A stretch of DNA of 64,000 bases, taken from contig JAOZGC010000002.1 of NCBI GenBank assembly GCA_027491915.1, positions 64,001 to 128,000 of the forward strand. The letters run 5' to 3'. This document shows, in pieces, positions 37,367 through 46,975 of the stretch (position 1 is its first letter; every line of letters starts with the position of its first letter). The notes under the pieces were generated by a model. That model had not been told where the DNA came from. It saw nothing but the letters and a program-made list of their open reading frames with translations, and did no database searches. The stretch comes from Thermoproteota archaeon. Lineage in GTDB: Archaea; Korarchaeota; Korarchaeia; Korarchaeales; Korarchaeaceae. The translations under genes and the position numbers were made by a program.

Positions 37367-38662
37367 TTGTTCAGGTTCTCCAAAACCCACTACGCCTCCG
37401 AGGCCCTCGGGCTCGGGGAGGGATCCAGGGTCAGGCTGGCCGGTTGGATCTTCAGGAAGAGGGAGCTCGGGGGGGTCATCTTCATAGTCCTCAGGGACTC
37501 TACCGGCAGCATACAGGTCGTGGTTAGGGAGCCGGAAATAGGTCCATCTCAACTCAGATCCGCCAGGGAGGCCGGGTTAGAGAGTTCCATAATCGTGGAG
37601 GGCGTGATCAGGAAGGATCCCAGAGCCCCAGGGGGAACCGAGGTCTTGGCCAACTCTCTGGAGGTGGTGGGAGAATCCGACAACTATCCGATAAGGAAGG
37701 GGGCCGGAGAGGAGTTCCTGCTGGACAATCGTCACCTCCATCTGAGGAGCAGGAGCATGTGGGCCATACTGAGGATCAGGGCCGAGGCCCTGCGGGCCGC
37801 CAGGGAGTGGTTCGATTCCAACGGATTCACGTCCGTGGAGGCCCCGAGCATAGTAGGGGCGGCCGTAGAGGGGGGAGCCACCCTCTTCGAGATAAACTAC
37901 TTCGGCAAGAAAGCCTATCTTACCCAGAGCTCCCAGTTCTACTTGGAGGCCGCCATATTCTCTTTGGAGAACGTGTACACGATACAACCTAGTTTCAGGG
38001 CGGAGAAATCCCGGACCAGGCGGCACCTCACGGAATTCTGGCACGTGGAGGCCGAGATGGCCTGGGCGGATCTGAACGGGGTCATGGAGGTAGTCGAGGG
38101 GCTCGTGGGTCACATGGCATCGGCCGTGGCCGAGAGAGGGGCGGAGGAGTTGGAGATACTGGGCAGAAGGTTCGACCCACCCGATACCCCCTTCCCCCGC
38201 ATATCCTACGACGAGGCCGTGGACATCGCCAAGAGGAAGGGGGTGGACATAGAGTGGGGGGACGACCTATCCACAGAGGCCGAGAGGGCCGTCTCCCTAG
38301 AGTTCGACTCCCCCGTCTTCGTTCACAGGTATCCCAAGTCGGCGAAGGCCTTCTATCACATGCCAGATCCATCCAGACCGGAGGTGGTGCTCTGCGTCGA
38401 CCTGCTTGCTCCGGAGGGGATAGGAGAGATAGTCGGAGGTGGACAGAGGATCCACGACTACGACCTCCTGGTTCAGAGGATAAGGGAGGAGGGCCTCAAC
38501 GTCGAGGACTACAAGTGGTACCTGGACCTGAGGAAGTACGGATCGGTTCCCCACGGCGGGTTCGGCCTGGGCCTGGAGAGGACCGTCAGGTGGATTGCCG
38601 GTCTCCCCCACATCAGGGCCGCCGTTCCGTTCCCGAGGACCATAACCAGGGTGACCCCCTAA
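37367..38662 (+). CDS. asnS: Asparaginyl-tRNA synthetase
   Basis: NRHLHLRS, YLTQSSQFYLE, FRAEKSRTRRHLTEFW, YKWYLDLRKYGSVPHGGFGLGLER. Confidence 0.95.
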   Translation: MFRFSKTHYASEALGLGEGSRVRLAGWIFRKRELGGVIFIVLRDSTGSIQVVVREPEIGPSQLRSAREAGLESSIIVEGVIRKDPRAPGGTEVLANSLEVVGESDNYPIRKGAGEEFLLDNRHLHLRSRSMWAILRIRAEALRAAREWFDSNGFTSVEAPSIVGAAVEGGATLFEINYFGKKAYLTQSSQFYLEAAIFSLENVYTIQPSFRAEKSRTRRHLTEFWHVEAEMAWADLNGVMEVVEGLVGHMASAVAERGAEELEILGRRFDPPDTPFPRISYDEAVDIAKRKGVDIEWGDDLSTEAERAVSLEFDSPVFVHRYPKSAKAFYHMPDPSRPEVVLCVDLLAPEGIGEIVGGGQRIHDYDLLVQRIREEGLNVEDYKWYLDLRKYGSVPHGGFGLGLERTVRWIAGLPHIRAAVPFPRTITRVTP

Positions 38663-39288
38663 ATCGGCAGCCCCCTCTCCTCCCCCCTCTTCTCTCCCAC
38701 CTCCCTCAACAGGGCCTTGAACTCCCTTGCCCTCTTATCCCCTATTACCTCCCTCAACTCCGGGATCCCCGCGGCGAACACCCTCTCTAGGCTGCCGAAT
38801 CTCTCCAGCAGCCTCTCGGCCAGCCTGGGACCTATCCCGGGAAACGCCTCCAGAACGGCCACGCGCCTCTCCTTGGGGTTGACCCTCCTCCTGATCCTGG
38901 CCGCCGGGAGAAGAGATCCGACCGGCTCCAGTCTGGCCAGCGCCTCCAGGAATCTGGGACCCGTGCCCTCGGGAATGCAGACTATTGGGACCCCCGACAC
39001 GATCGACTTGGCGGCGGCCCCTACCACCACCTTCCTCTCCCTCTCGCTCAGTGAGGGCAGGGGCACCTCCACCATCACGAGCCCGCCGCCCCGCGCCTCC
39101 ACCATCCTGCGGATTTGATCAAATAATCTACCATCATACACCGATTTTAGAAAGTCTTTTAGAGTTTTCCTCTCAATGCATATAACTCCATTGACTATAT
39201 AGTCGCACGGATCAAGCTTTCTCCTCTCAACGGGGATCCCTCCCTCCCTCAACTTCCTGTAAACCCCATTCGGCTCTCCAGAATCCAC
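38659..39288 (-). CDS. xpf: Short XPF/ERCC4 endonuclease
   Basis: DY...IERKT..DF..S..DGRLFDQ nuclease motif plus HhH PGIG. Confidence 0.9.
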   Translation of the reverse strand: MDSGEPNGVYRKLREGGIPVERRKLDPCDYIVNGVICIERKTLKDFLKSVYDGRLFDQIRRMVEARGGGLVMVEVPLPSLSERERKVVVGAAAKSIVSGVPIVCIPEGTGPRFLEALARLEPVGSLLPAARIRRRVNPKERRVAVLEAFPGIGPRLAERLLERFGSLERVFAAGIPELREVIGDKRAREFKALLREVGEKRGEERGLPI

Positions 39289-39290
39289 GA

Positions 39291-41027
39291 CTATCCTTCT
39301 CGGCCCGCTTGCCCTGGTCGTCTTTCCTCACCGCCCAAGTATCCCTCAATCTCGCTGATTACCATCTCAGATTCCTCCAACGGGTCGGCCTCCTCAAGGT
39401 AATCTGCGAACATTACGACCACGGAAGAGGACTCGTCATACCTCAGGTTTCCGCCCGCCCTGATCTCCTTCCCGATCAACCTGGAACTGACCTCGTCAGC
39501 TGGCATTGAATCCTCAGGAAAGCCCTCCTGCTCTATTATCTCCAACACCTCACCTGGCGACTTGCCAAGCACCTCCTCCGCCCTGTCTCCCGTGAATATC
39601 ACCCTGGCCACGCCAGCCCCATCGTCCACCCAGAGGTGAAAGGTGAGCGACGGGCGCGCCTCCTCCACCTCGCCGCAGTTGGGGCACGCGAAGACCCCGT
39701 ACTCCCTCCTCACCTTGGACCCGCACCTATTGCAGTGCCAAGTCACCCTGACGAATCCGGAAGTTCCGACGACCGTTCCCCGGATCTCCCTGTAACCCTC
39801 TCCCTGGCTGAGATCCAGCCAGGTCCTCGGGTACCTGAGCGAGTAGGCTATCCTCTCGGCCGACGCGGGTACCCTCCCCTCGCCTTGGGAGATCACCTCT
39901 ATATTCCCATAATCCCCAACGTTGGCGATTTTGGAGTCTCCCCCCACGGTCCAGAAGACGTTGCTGATCCTCACAGTGGCGGGCAGGTCGAGTCCGATCA
40001 CCTCGTCCACCCTGTTTCCCCACGCCCTCACCAGCCTGGGTCCCTCCTCCGTGATGAGCAGGAAGTCTACCATCCTCTTTCCGCTGGGCCTCTCGCTCGG
40101 TCTGAACACGTAGACTATCCTGCCCTTCAGGTCGGATGATAGGCCGCCCTTCCCCTCCTCCTCCACCTCGACGCTGGTCCTTGGGGTGCTGTGGATCTCG
40201 ATCTCCCCATTTCTCAGCGATACTCTGCAAGCCCTTATCGTGATCTTCGACCCGACCGGAACCGACGACAGGAGGTTCACCGCGTCCCCCCAGAACACTA
40301 CCCTGATCTCCTCCTCCATGGAGCAATCTGACAGTATCGCGGTCGCCATCCTCCCAACCGACCCGTCCCTCCTGGTGAACTCCCTCTCGCCGCTCACCAC
40401 GGTCAGGATACCCCTGACGTCCACTTCCTCCCCCACTGTGTCCTCAGTGACCTCGTGCACCTCCAATACCGGATGGGCGGGCAGCGGGAACTCCGGGTGA
40501 TCTCCGGGAATCTTCTCTATTGTCGACTCCGATCCGACGTGAATCACCTTGGAACCGTCCATCCTCTTTCCTATCCTGGCGTTGACTATCTCAACGACGT
40601 CTCCCTCCTTGAACTCCCCAGAGGAGAATCGGCCCACTTTTCCCTCATCCCAAACTATGGTGAGCACGTCTCCCGTGCTGTCAGAGAGCATGAACTCTAT
40701 CCTCACTCCCTCTGTTCCGTCCCTCCTGGCGTATCTTATCGGTCTGTATAGTCTGGTAATCCTCCCAACCACGCGGGCTCTTCTCATCCCAGGTATCAGC
40801 TTGGATATGCTCACGATCCTCGGCCCCTGAGATTCCCCGCCCATTACAGGAGCTAGAGATAGACCGAGTTCCTTGGCCACCATGTATAGAGCGGCGTCGG
40901 CGCTTATCATCCCAGAGTACCTCTCTATATAGGACTCGGCGATCGATCTTATCTCCTCGGGGGTCCTACCGGAGGCTTCACTTATCTTCCTCAGGAGGCC
41001 CTCATCCCAACCTTGTTCATATCCCAA
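39291..41027 (-). CDS. rpa: Replication protein A (multi-OB fold, Zn finger)
   Basis: Repeated OB folds (F.RRDG..G, LSD.TG, V.W), CNRC...CPNC Zn finger, VDDGAG. Confidence 0.85.
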   Translation of the reverse strand: MGYEQGWDEGLLRKISEASGRTPEEIRSIAESYIERYSGMISADAALYMVAKELGLSLAPVMGGESQGPRIVSISKLIPGMRRARVVGRITRLYRPIRYARRDGTEGVRIEFMLSDSTGDVLTIVWDEGKVGRFSSGEFKEGDVVEIVNARIGKRMDGSKVIHVGSESTIEKIPGDHPEFPLPAHPVLEVHEVTEDTVGEEVDVRGILTVVSGEREFTRRDGSVGRMATAILSDCSMEEEIRVVFWGDAVNLLSSVPVGSKITIRACRVSLRNGEIEIHSTPRTSVEVEEEGKGGLSSDLKGRIVYVFRPSERPSGKRMVDFLLITEEGPRLVRAWGNRVDEVIGLDLPATVRISNVFWTVGGDSKIANVGDYGNIEVISQGEGRVPASAERIAYSLRYPRTWLDLSQGEGYREIRGTVVGTSGFVRVTWHCNRCGSKVRREYGVFACPNCGEVEEARPSLTFHLWVDDGAGVARVIFTGDRAEEVLGKSPGEVLEIIEQEGFPEDSMPADEVSSRLIGKEIRAGGNLRYDESSSVVVMFADYLEEADPLEESEMVISEIEGYLGGEERRPGQAGREG

Positions 41028-42075
41028 TTCCCCTCACCACCACTCTTCCCGGCCCCCCTTCCTCTCCCTCGAACTCTGCGCTCACGCCCAGGAGCGACTC
41101 GCACAACTTCACGTTGCTTATCGCGTGGAGGGTGAGACGGGAGATCCTTATCTCTGACTCTCCGGGGGCCAGCGCCAAGTACGGTATCACCATGTCCCCG
41201 GAATGGGGATCCATAGGGGCCCCGGAACGCAAGGCCCCGATCAGGGCCTCGGCCGCCTCCAGCCCCACGACCTCACTGGGCTTCCCCCTCCTCCCGAGGG
41301 AATCTCCCCCGAGCGTGGAGACGGAGGTTTTAGCCCACAGGGTTATTCCCGCTCCGGGCCCGAGACCCTCTCCCACCTCCCTTTCCACCCAGGCGCGCCA
41401 CCCCTCCTTCGCTATCCTCTCCTCAGCGGATCTGGCCATCCTCTCGGCCACGTGGCCCGGTAGAGAGGTGGCGTGCGCCCGGCCTCGGATCTCTCGAACA
41501 TCTCCCCTCTCGACGAGTCTGATGGGCCTGACACGTCCTCCTCCCCTCACCTCCAGCACGGCTCTTCCCCCACCCCTCGGGTAATGTCCCCTGCGGACGA
41601 CCTCTATTCTTGCCTCTACCCCCATTATCCTGAGATTCTTTAGGAAGACCTCCTTCATGTAGTCTATGGGCGGGGCCCTCGGGACGTCGGTGCCCCCGAC
41701 CGCCTCCACCCTGACGTCCTCCTCGGATCCCACGCTGGCCGCGAGTGCCGCCTGAAACAGCAGGGATATGCTCCCAGCTGTCCCTATATCTACGGAAAAT
41801 CTGCCGCCTGGTCTCCGTCTGGGTCTGAACACAACTCTGGTTGATCCAACCTCTGCGCCCTCCACGTCTGCGTCGGCCATCTCCTTCAGAAGCCTGACTA
41901 CCGCCAGGTGCTGCGGTCTGAGTCCGGGCCGGCTTCTCCTTGCCCTCACGTTGTACACCTCCACCGGCTCTCTAATCACACACGCCAGGGCCAGGGCATA
42001 CCTGAGGATGGATCCTCCTCCCTCCCCCACGCTGCCGTCTATCCTGATCATCGTTTTCCCCTCCCTCAGGTTCAA
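41017..42075 (-). CDS. rtcA: RNA 3'-terminal phosphate cyclase
   Basis: IDGSVGEGGGSILR, RPGLRPQH, GTAGSI, GGTDV, GHYPRGGG, TLH. Confidence 0.95.
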   Translation of the reverse strand: MNLREGKTMIRIDGSVGEGGGSILRYALALACVIREPVEVYNVRARRSRPGLRPQHLAVVRLLKEMADADVEGAEVGSTRVVFRPRRRPGGRFSVDIGTAGSISLLFQAALAASVGSEEDVRVEAVGGTDVPRAPPIDYMKEVFLKNLRIMGVEARIEVVRRGHYPRGGGRAVLEVRGGGRVRPIRLVERGDVREIRGRAHATSLPGHVAERMARSAEERIAKEGWRAWVEREVGEGLGPGAGITLWAKTSVSTLGGDSLGRRGKPSEVVGLEAAEALIGALRSGAPMDPHSGDMVIPYLALAPGESEIRISRLTLHAISNVKLCESLLGVSAEFEGEEGGPGRVVVRGIGI

Positions 42076-42104
42076 TTAAATTTGGGATAGGCCCCACGGA
42101 GCTG

Positions 42105-42728
42105 ATGTACCCCGTAATCCTGCGGACTATCAGAACGAGGGACAGATACGTCGGCCTAGCTTTCTATGGAAATCTCCTGGCCGCGAACACAATACCCCTC
42201 CCGTCGAGGGAGGAGGCCCTCTTGGAGCTCAGGGCTTCCCTGTCCGCCTCTGGAATCCACCCCCCCAGCAACCCCTCATCCCCTCTCGTTCAGGATGTGG
42301 GCGGGGATGTCTCCCAGCTCGGCTCGATGATATACAGGCTGTTCATGGGCGAGGAGGTTTCCCCCTCGCCAGCCCCTGTAGTCCTCTTGAAACCCGACAA
42401 CGACCTCACCGCCAGGGTCTTGGAGGTCGTCGCCCGAATTCCCAGGGGGAGGGTTGCAACCTACTCGGCCGTGGCCGAGGTGGTCGGCACTTCTCCCAGG
42501 GTGGTGGGAAACAAGTTGGCCCTAAACCCATTTCCACTCATAATACCGTGTCACAGGGTGATCCGGAGCGATCTGTTTGTGGGAAACTACGGATACGGCG
42601 CCCTGGTCAAGGGTGGGATCCTGGAGAGGGAGGGAGTAACCGTGGACGTCCCCTCAGGGAAGGTCTCTCGGAGCGCGTTGATCTCATCCTCCGAGCTACT
42701 CCGTTTAAAGAGCAGCGTTCCCTGGTAG
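42105..42728 (+). CDS. ogt: Methylated-DNA--protein-cysteine methyltransferase
   Basis: IPRGRVATY, NPFPLIIPCHRVI active site. Confidence 0.92.
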   Translation: MYPVILRTIRTRDRYVGLAFYGNLLAANTIPLPSREEALLELRASLSASGIHPPSNPSSPLVQDVGGDVSQLGSMIYRLFMGEEVSPSPAPVVLLKPDNDLTARVLEVVARIPRGRVATYSAVAEVVGTSPRVVGNKLALNPFPLIIPCHRVIRSDLFVGNYGYGALVKGGILEREGVTVDVPSGKVSRSALISSSELLRLKSSVPW

Positions 42729-42744
42729 GCCGAGGGATGCGCCC

Positions 42745-44022
42745 TTGCCTCCCCAGAGAGCCGTCTATGCGGAGGACTACGGAACGTCTTACTTCAAATT
42801 CGGCCCCGTCTGGATAGGGAAATACCCGGAGATGGTAGAGAACAGGGGCTACTTTCCAAAGATATCCAAGGCCGTGGCTGAGATAAGGGGGATCGAGGCC
42901 AGGACCGTCGTGGTAGGCCCCGAGGTGTCGAACTACCTGGAATCCAGGGAAGAGTTGAGAAGGTTATACTATCCAATGCGAAACGGAGTTATCGATAGAG
43001 ATGATAGAAATGGGTGGTTAATTGTTAAAGAATTGACGAGATATGGGCTCAAGAAATTCGCCCCCGTCGGCCGCGAGTCACCCATCGGTCCCTTCGACGG
43101 CTTCTACGTTGTGGCCGCCCTGGCGGCCCAAGCCCCGAGGTACATGTACGAAGAAATCTTCTCGATACACGAGGAGATAAATTCTGAGGAGGGTGGATCT
43201 CTGGTGAAGGCCGTCACCATAATTCCGCAGCCCCTGGCGGTCGCGATAGCTGAGAAGGCCACCACCTGCACGGTCTTGGAGGCCGGCCACGGGAACACCC
43301 AAATAACCCCAATAAGCAGGGACGTCATAAGGTCGGCTCTGATACCTCTCAACCGCGGCGGCGCCGACTCGAACGCCATAACCGCCCAGATATTGAAAGA
43401 TCTTGGCTACGGAAACCTGGCTCGGGAAGAAAAATTCGTCAGGATCTTCAAGGAGATGGCCGGCCTCGTCCCGATAAACCTCGACGAGGCGGTAGAGTGG
43501 GCGAAATCCCATCCGGGCTCCCTCACGAGCTCTTTCACCGTGCCGGGAACCACCGTCAAGGTCGACATGGGGGAGAAGGCCTGGCAGCGCTTCCTGATAG
43601 GGGAGTACTTCTTCAATCCTGGCCACGAGATGTTTGAGAGCTACTATTCGGTGGGATTCACTCCCCCGAGGGACACCGTCCTGCCGGGGGAGACCATCCC
43701 GGGAGACGTTTCCCTGGCCGAGGCCATCCTCATGGCCGTGCGTAAGACACCCGTCGAGATACAACCCGGACTGCTCAGTAAGATCCTCCTATCCGGAGGG
43801 GCCTTCGGCTGGAGGGTGCCAGCTGGCCTGGAGGGAATAGCAGCCGACGCGACCCAGAAGCTGGAGACCATGCTCAGATCCCTTGGCGTGTCGACCTCCC
43901 CGAAGATGGTGGCGGAGCCCCAGTTCTCCGTGTGGCGCGGCTCGATGGTCTACGGACTGTACCTACCCGAGAGGCTCAGGTGGAGCTGGAAGAGCATGGA
44001 AGGGTGGCATCAGATAAGTTGA
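42745..44022 (+). CDS. Crenactin (archaeal actin)
   Basis: DYGTSYFKFGP, PQPLAVAIAE, EAGHGNTQITPIS, LNRGGA, ILLSGGAFGWRVP, EPQFSVWRG; close to Pyrobaculum crenactin as I recall it. Confidence 0.93.
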   Translation: MPPQRAVYAEDYGTSYFKFGPVWIGKYPEMVENRGYFPKISKAVAEIRGIEARTVVVGPEVSNYLESREELRRLYYPMRNGVIDRDDRNGWLIVKELTRYGLKKFAPVGRESPIGPFDGFYVVAALAAQAPRYMYEEIFSIHEEINSEEGGSLVKAVTIIPQPLAVAIAEKATTCTVLEAGHGNTQITPISRDVIRSALIPLNRGGADSNAITAQILKDLGYGNLAREEKFVRIFKEMAGLVPINLDEAVEWAKSHPGSLTSSFTVPGTTVKVDMGEKAWQRFLIGEYFFNPGHEMFESYYSVGFTPPRDTVLPGETIPGDVSLAEAILMAVRKTPVEIQPGLLSKILLSGGAFGWRVPAGLEGIAADATQKLETMLRSLGVSTSPKMVAEPQFSVWRGSMVYGLYLPERLRWSWKSMEGWHQIS

Positions 44023-44768
44023 CGATCTAGGACCATCTTCCTGAACTCTAGGGCGTTGTTCCACATGTCCATATTGTTAAAGAGTACGTAGGCTTCTTTT
44101 TTGTTCATTTTTTCTAATTTACCCAACAAATCCTGAAATTCTTGAGTTGAATATGAATATTTATATAAAATTTTTCCATCCTTTCTCCCACCGTGTAGCC
44201 TGAAATAGGCCAAGTCTGAGCCGTCCAGAGGCCTCCGGTAGAAGGGATCCACGACGTGAATTAAATCCAGGTCGTCTAGGAGTCTGATGAGGCCGCGCTC
44301 GTCGATCCACCAACTCTCGTCTCTCGGTTCCCACCCAACCGCGAGCCCTCCCCTATCCAGAGATGAGAAGAAATCTCTCAGATCCCTCTCCGTGAGATCC
44401 GATCTCCTGAACGACGGTGGGGACTGGAAGATCACTATCTTGGAGCCCAACTTCGCCGCCACGACCCTCACCATCTCCCAAGCGGTGAAATTCCCCTCGG
44501 TGGGCCTGAGCATCCCACAATCCGCGCAATCTATTCCGGCCTTCCGCCACACCGGTCCCCCGGGGCGGTGGGTTATGGCCGCCCAGGCCTTCAACGTGTA
44601 CTCAAAATCCTTCGGCGACTCCTTCCTCCATCTCTCCACGGTCGACGCGCGGGGGATCCGGTAGAATGTACGCTGAATTTCCACCAGACCGAATTCCCTG
44701 AAATACCTCTTCCTGGAGGTCGGGAATCCGCAGCAGCCTACCTTCACCCTCATCGGGCGTCTCAACAT
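44010..44768 (-). CDS. DUF72 family protein
   Basis: VGCCGF, VEIQRTFY, LKAW..ITH, FQSPPSF, WEPR, YFRLHG, YVLFNN. Confidence 0.92.
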   Translation of the reverse strand: MLRRPMRVKVGCCGFPTSRKRYFREFGLVEIQRTFYRIPRASTVERWRKESPKDFEYTLKAWAAITHRPGGPVWRKAGIDCADCGMLRPTEGNFTAWEMVRVVAAKLGSKIVIFQSPPSFRRSDLTERDLRDFFSSLDRGGLAVGWEPRDESWWIDERGLIRLLDDLDLIHVVDPFYRRPLDGSDLAYFRLHGGRKDGKILYKYSYSTQEFQDLLGKLEKMNKKEAYVLFNNMDMWNNALEFRKMVLDRQLI

Positions 44769-44790
44769 ACCACCCTTAATACCAGATGAG

Positions 44791-45828
44791 GTGCGCCCTC
44801 CCAGATGGCCTATGGACCTCCCCTCAGAGGTCTACGAGATAGCCCGTGATATACGCGACATGAAGATCAGGGGAGCCGGTAGAATAGCCAGGGCGGCCGC
44901 CAAAGCTCTCCTGAAGGTGGCGCGGGAATACGAGGCCAAGGACGCGGATGATCTGGTTTCTGCGCTGCTGAGGGCATCTAAACTGCTCGTTGAGACGAGG
45001 CCGACCGCGGTCTCCCTGCCCAACGCCCTCAGGTACGTCGTGGTTAGGGTGCTGGAGGGGGTCGATAGGGGGTACGATCTGAGTGGCATAAGGGAAATCG
45101 CGTCAAAGGCTGCCGAGGAATTTACTGAGTTTTCAACACGAGCGGTCGAATACATCTCAAAATTTGGCTCACACAGGATCAGAGACGGTGATCTGATAAT
45201 GACCCACTGCAACTCGGACGCGGCGATCTCCACCCTGATACAGGCCTGGGAGGAGGGGAAAAGGTTCGAGGTCCTGGCCACCGAGACGCGGCCCAGGTTT
45301 CAGGGGAGGCTAACAGCCGCCAGGCTGGCGGATGCCGGAATCCCAGTGACCCTGATAGTGGACTCGGCGGCCAGGTACTTCATGGAAGACGTCGACGCCG
45401 TGATCGTCGGGGCGGATGCCGTCGCGGCCAACGGAGCCGTGGTGAACAAGATAGGAACCTCTTCCATAGCCCTGGCGGCCCACGAAGCCAGAGTTAACTT
45501 CTTCGTCGCGGCCGAGACCTACAAATTCTCTCCAGAGACCATGCTCGGTTCCCTCATAAGGATAGAGGAGAGAGATCCGTCCGAGGTGGTGGACCGTGAT
45601 TTCCTGGCCGCCCACCCGAACGTCAAGGTTAGAAATCCGGCCTTTGACGTGACTCCTGCGATGTATATAGACCTGATAATAACCGAGAAGGGAGTCATTC
45701 CACCCAGCGCCGCGGTGATAATACTGAAGGAGGAATACGGGTGGTTCACGAGGTCCAGGCTCCCAGAGTTTCTCACAGGCGGGTTGGGGTCGGCCAGGAT
45801 AGAGGAAGACTCCCCCACCACGGCCTGA
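44791..45828 (+). CDS. Ribose-1,5-bisphosphate isomerase
   Basis: MKIRGAG, TRPTAVSLPNA, MTHCNS (catalytic Cys), ETRPRFQG, VGADA, NKIGT, NPAFDVTP; alternative ATG at 44811. Confidence 0.92.
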   Translation: MRPPRWPMDLPSEVYEIARDIRDMKIRGAGRIARAAAKALLKVAREYEAKDADDLVSALLRASKLLVETRPTAVSLPNALRYVVVRVLEGVDRGYDLSGIREIASKAAEEFTEFSTRAVEYISKFGSHRIRDGDLIMTHCNSDAAISTLIQAWEEGKRFEVLATETRPRFQGRLTAARLADAGIPVTLIVDSAARYFMEDVDAVIVGADAVAANGAVVNKIGTSSIALAAHEARVNFFVAAETYKFSPETMLGSLIRIEERDPSEVVDRDFLAAHPNVKVRNPAFDVTPAMYIDLIITEKGVIPPSAAVIILKEEYGWFTRSRLPEFLTGGLGSARIEEDSPTTA

Positions 45829-45830
45829 GA

Positions 45831-46925
45831 TCACGGCCTGTACCCCCATCTCTCTAGGGCTATCCTCAGATCCTCGCTCACTTTTGCAGCCTCTAAAACA
45901 GTCTCTCCCCTCAAAAAAGCGTCTATCGCCTGCCTGATTGCTGAGATCCCACTTTCCTCTCCGTTCGGATGGAGCCATGGAGAGTCCGGCATTATTAGTA
46001 CTTCCTCAATAGAGTTCTCCAGATTAGATTCCACGGTTCCAGGGTGGATCGCCCCCTGTATCACCGGCATGGACTTCCCGATCCGGTCCTCAGAGGTCAG
46101 CGCGTTCACGGCCCGCCTGAATTCCCAAACATCCGTCCCGTTCCCAACCGCCGGAACTCCCACCATGCTGCCGCCGAGCAGCCTGGCCAGGCGGCACCTG
46201 GCCGGAGGAGACAGGCCCTCCGTCTCCCTACCGTAGACGAAAATGGGGACCGCACCGAGATTCCTCCTGAACTCCAAGAGCCCCATCCAACCTCCATATC
46301 TGAGAGAGAAGCCCAGCAGCCTCGCTCCAGAATCCATGGCTCTATTGGCGTTTTCCACCGCCTTCCACCCTGACACGTTCACCACGTAGTCCACCCTACG
46401 CCCGGTCTCCTCTCTGACCCTGTCTCTCATGTCGGCAATATGCGACGACCTGGCGCTTACCTCATCAGGCTTGACCAGCCAAGGGGGATCTACTCCGACG
46501 TCCAGGCCCCTGAGGGCAAGCTCGTAGAACCTGCGCCCCACATCAGCCGGGGCCGCGCCCGGAGGAAGTCTGATGTGGGAGGCTACTCCCGGGCCCCTCA
46601 GCCCCAGTTCCCTGGACAGGTCGATCAGCCCAACCCCGGGCCCGCCGAGGCGGGATTCGACGTCGGGGGGAACCTCGAAGTCGTTCACCATCCCCACCCG
46701 GGTCAAGTCACCGAGCACCCCTATCAGGGCCTGCTCTCCCAAATCCCGGAGGATCTCAGGCGGCAGTCGTATGGTGATCCTATCACCGTGGGTTTCTACC
46801 CTTCCCCCCATGAAAGAGGCCCACTTCTCCGCCATCTCCACGGAGTCGGAGATAGAGACCGACCCGGTCAGGTTCACCTCTATTAGTATCGTCCGCCCCG
46901 AATCCGACCCAGCCAGCGGGGCCAC
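45831..46925 (-). CDS. RuBisCO large-subunit-like protein (Form III-derived), catalytic residues lost
   Basis: GPGVG, DRVREETG..YVVNVS, GGWMGL, PV..GAIHPG, HPNG..SGISAIRQAIDA, ALERWG match Form III; KDDE is replaced by VDPP. Confidence 0.8.
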   Translation of the reverse strand: MAPLAGSDSGRTILIEVNLTGSVSISDSVEMAEKWASFMGGRVETHGDRITIRLPPEILRDLGEQALIGVLGDLTRVGMVNDFEVPPDVESRLGGPGVGLIDLSRELGLRGPGVASHIRLPPGAAPADVGRRFYELALRGLDVGVDPPWLVKPDEVSARSSHIADMRDRVREETGRRVDYVVNVSGWKAVENANRAMDSGARLLGFSLRYGGWMGLLEFRRNLGAVPIFVYGRETEGLSPPARCRLARLLGGSMVGVPAVGNGTDVWEFRRAVNALTSEDRIGKSMPVIQGAIHPGTVESNLENSIEEVLIMPDSPWLHPNGEESGISAIRQAIDAFLRGETVLEAAKVSEDLRIALERWGYRP

Positions 46926-46975
46926 CCACCACCTCCCGGCCGGGTCGTTATAATCTTCCCCCGTCCTCCGGGCCG

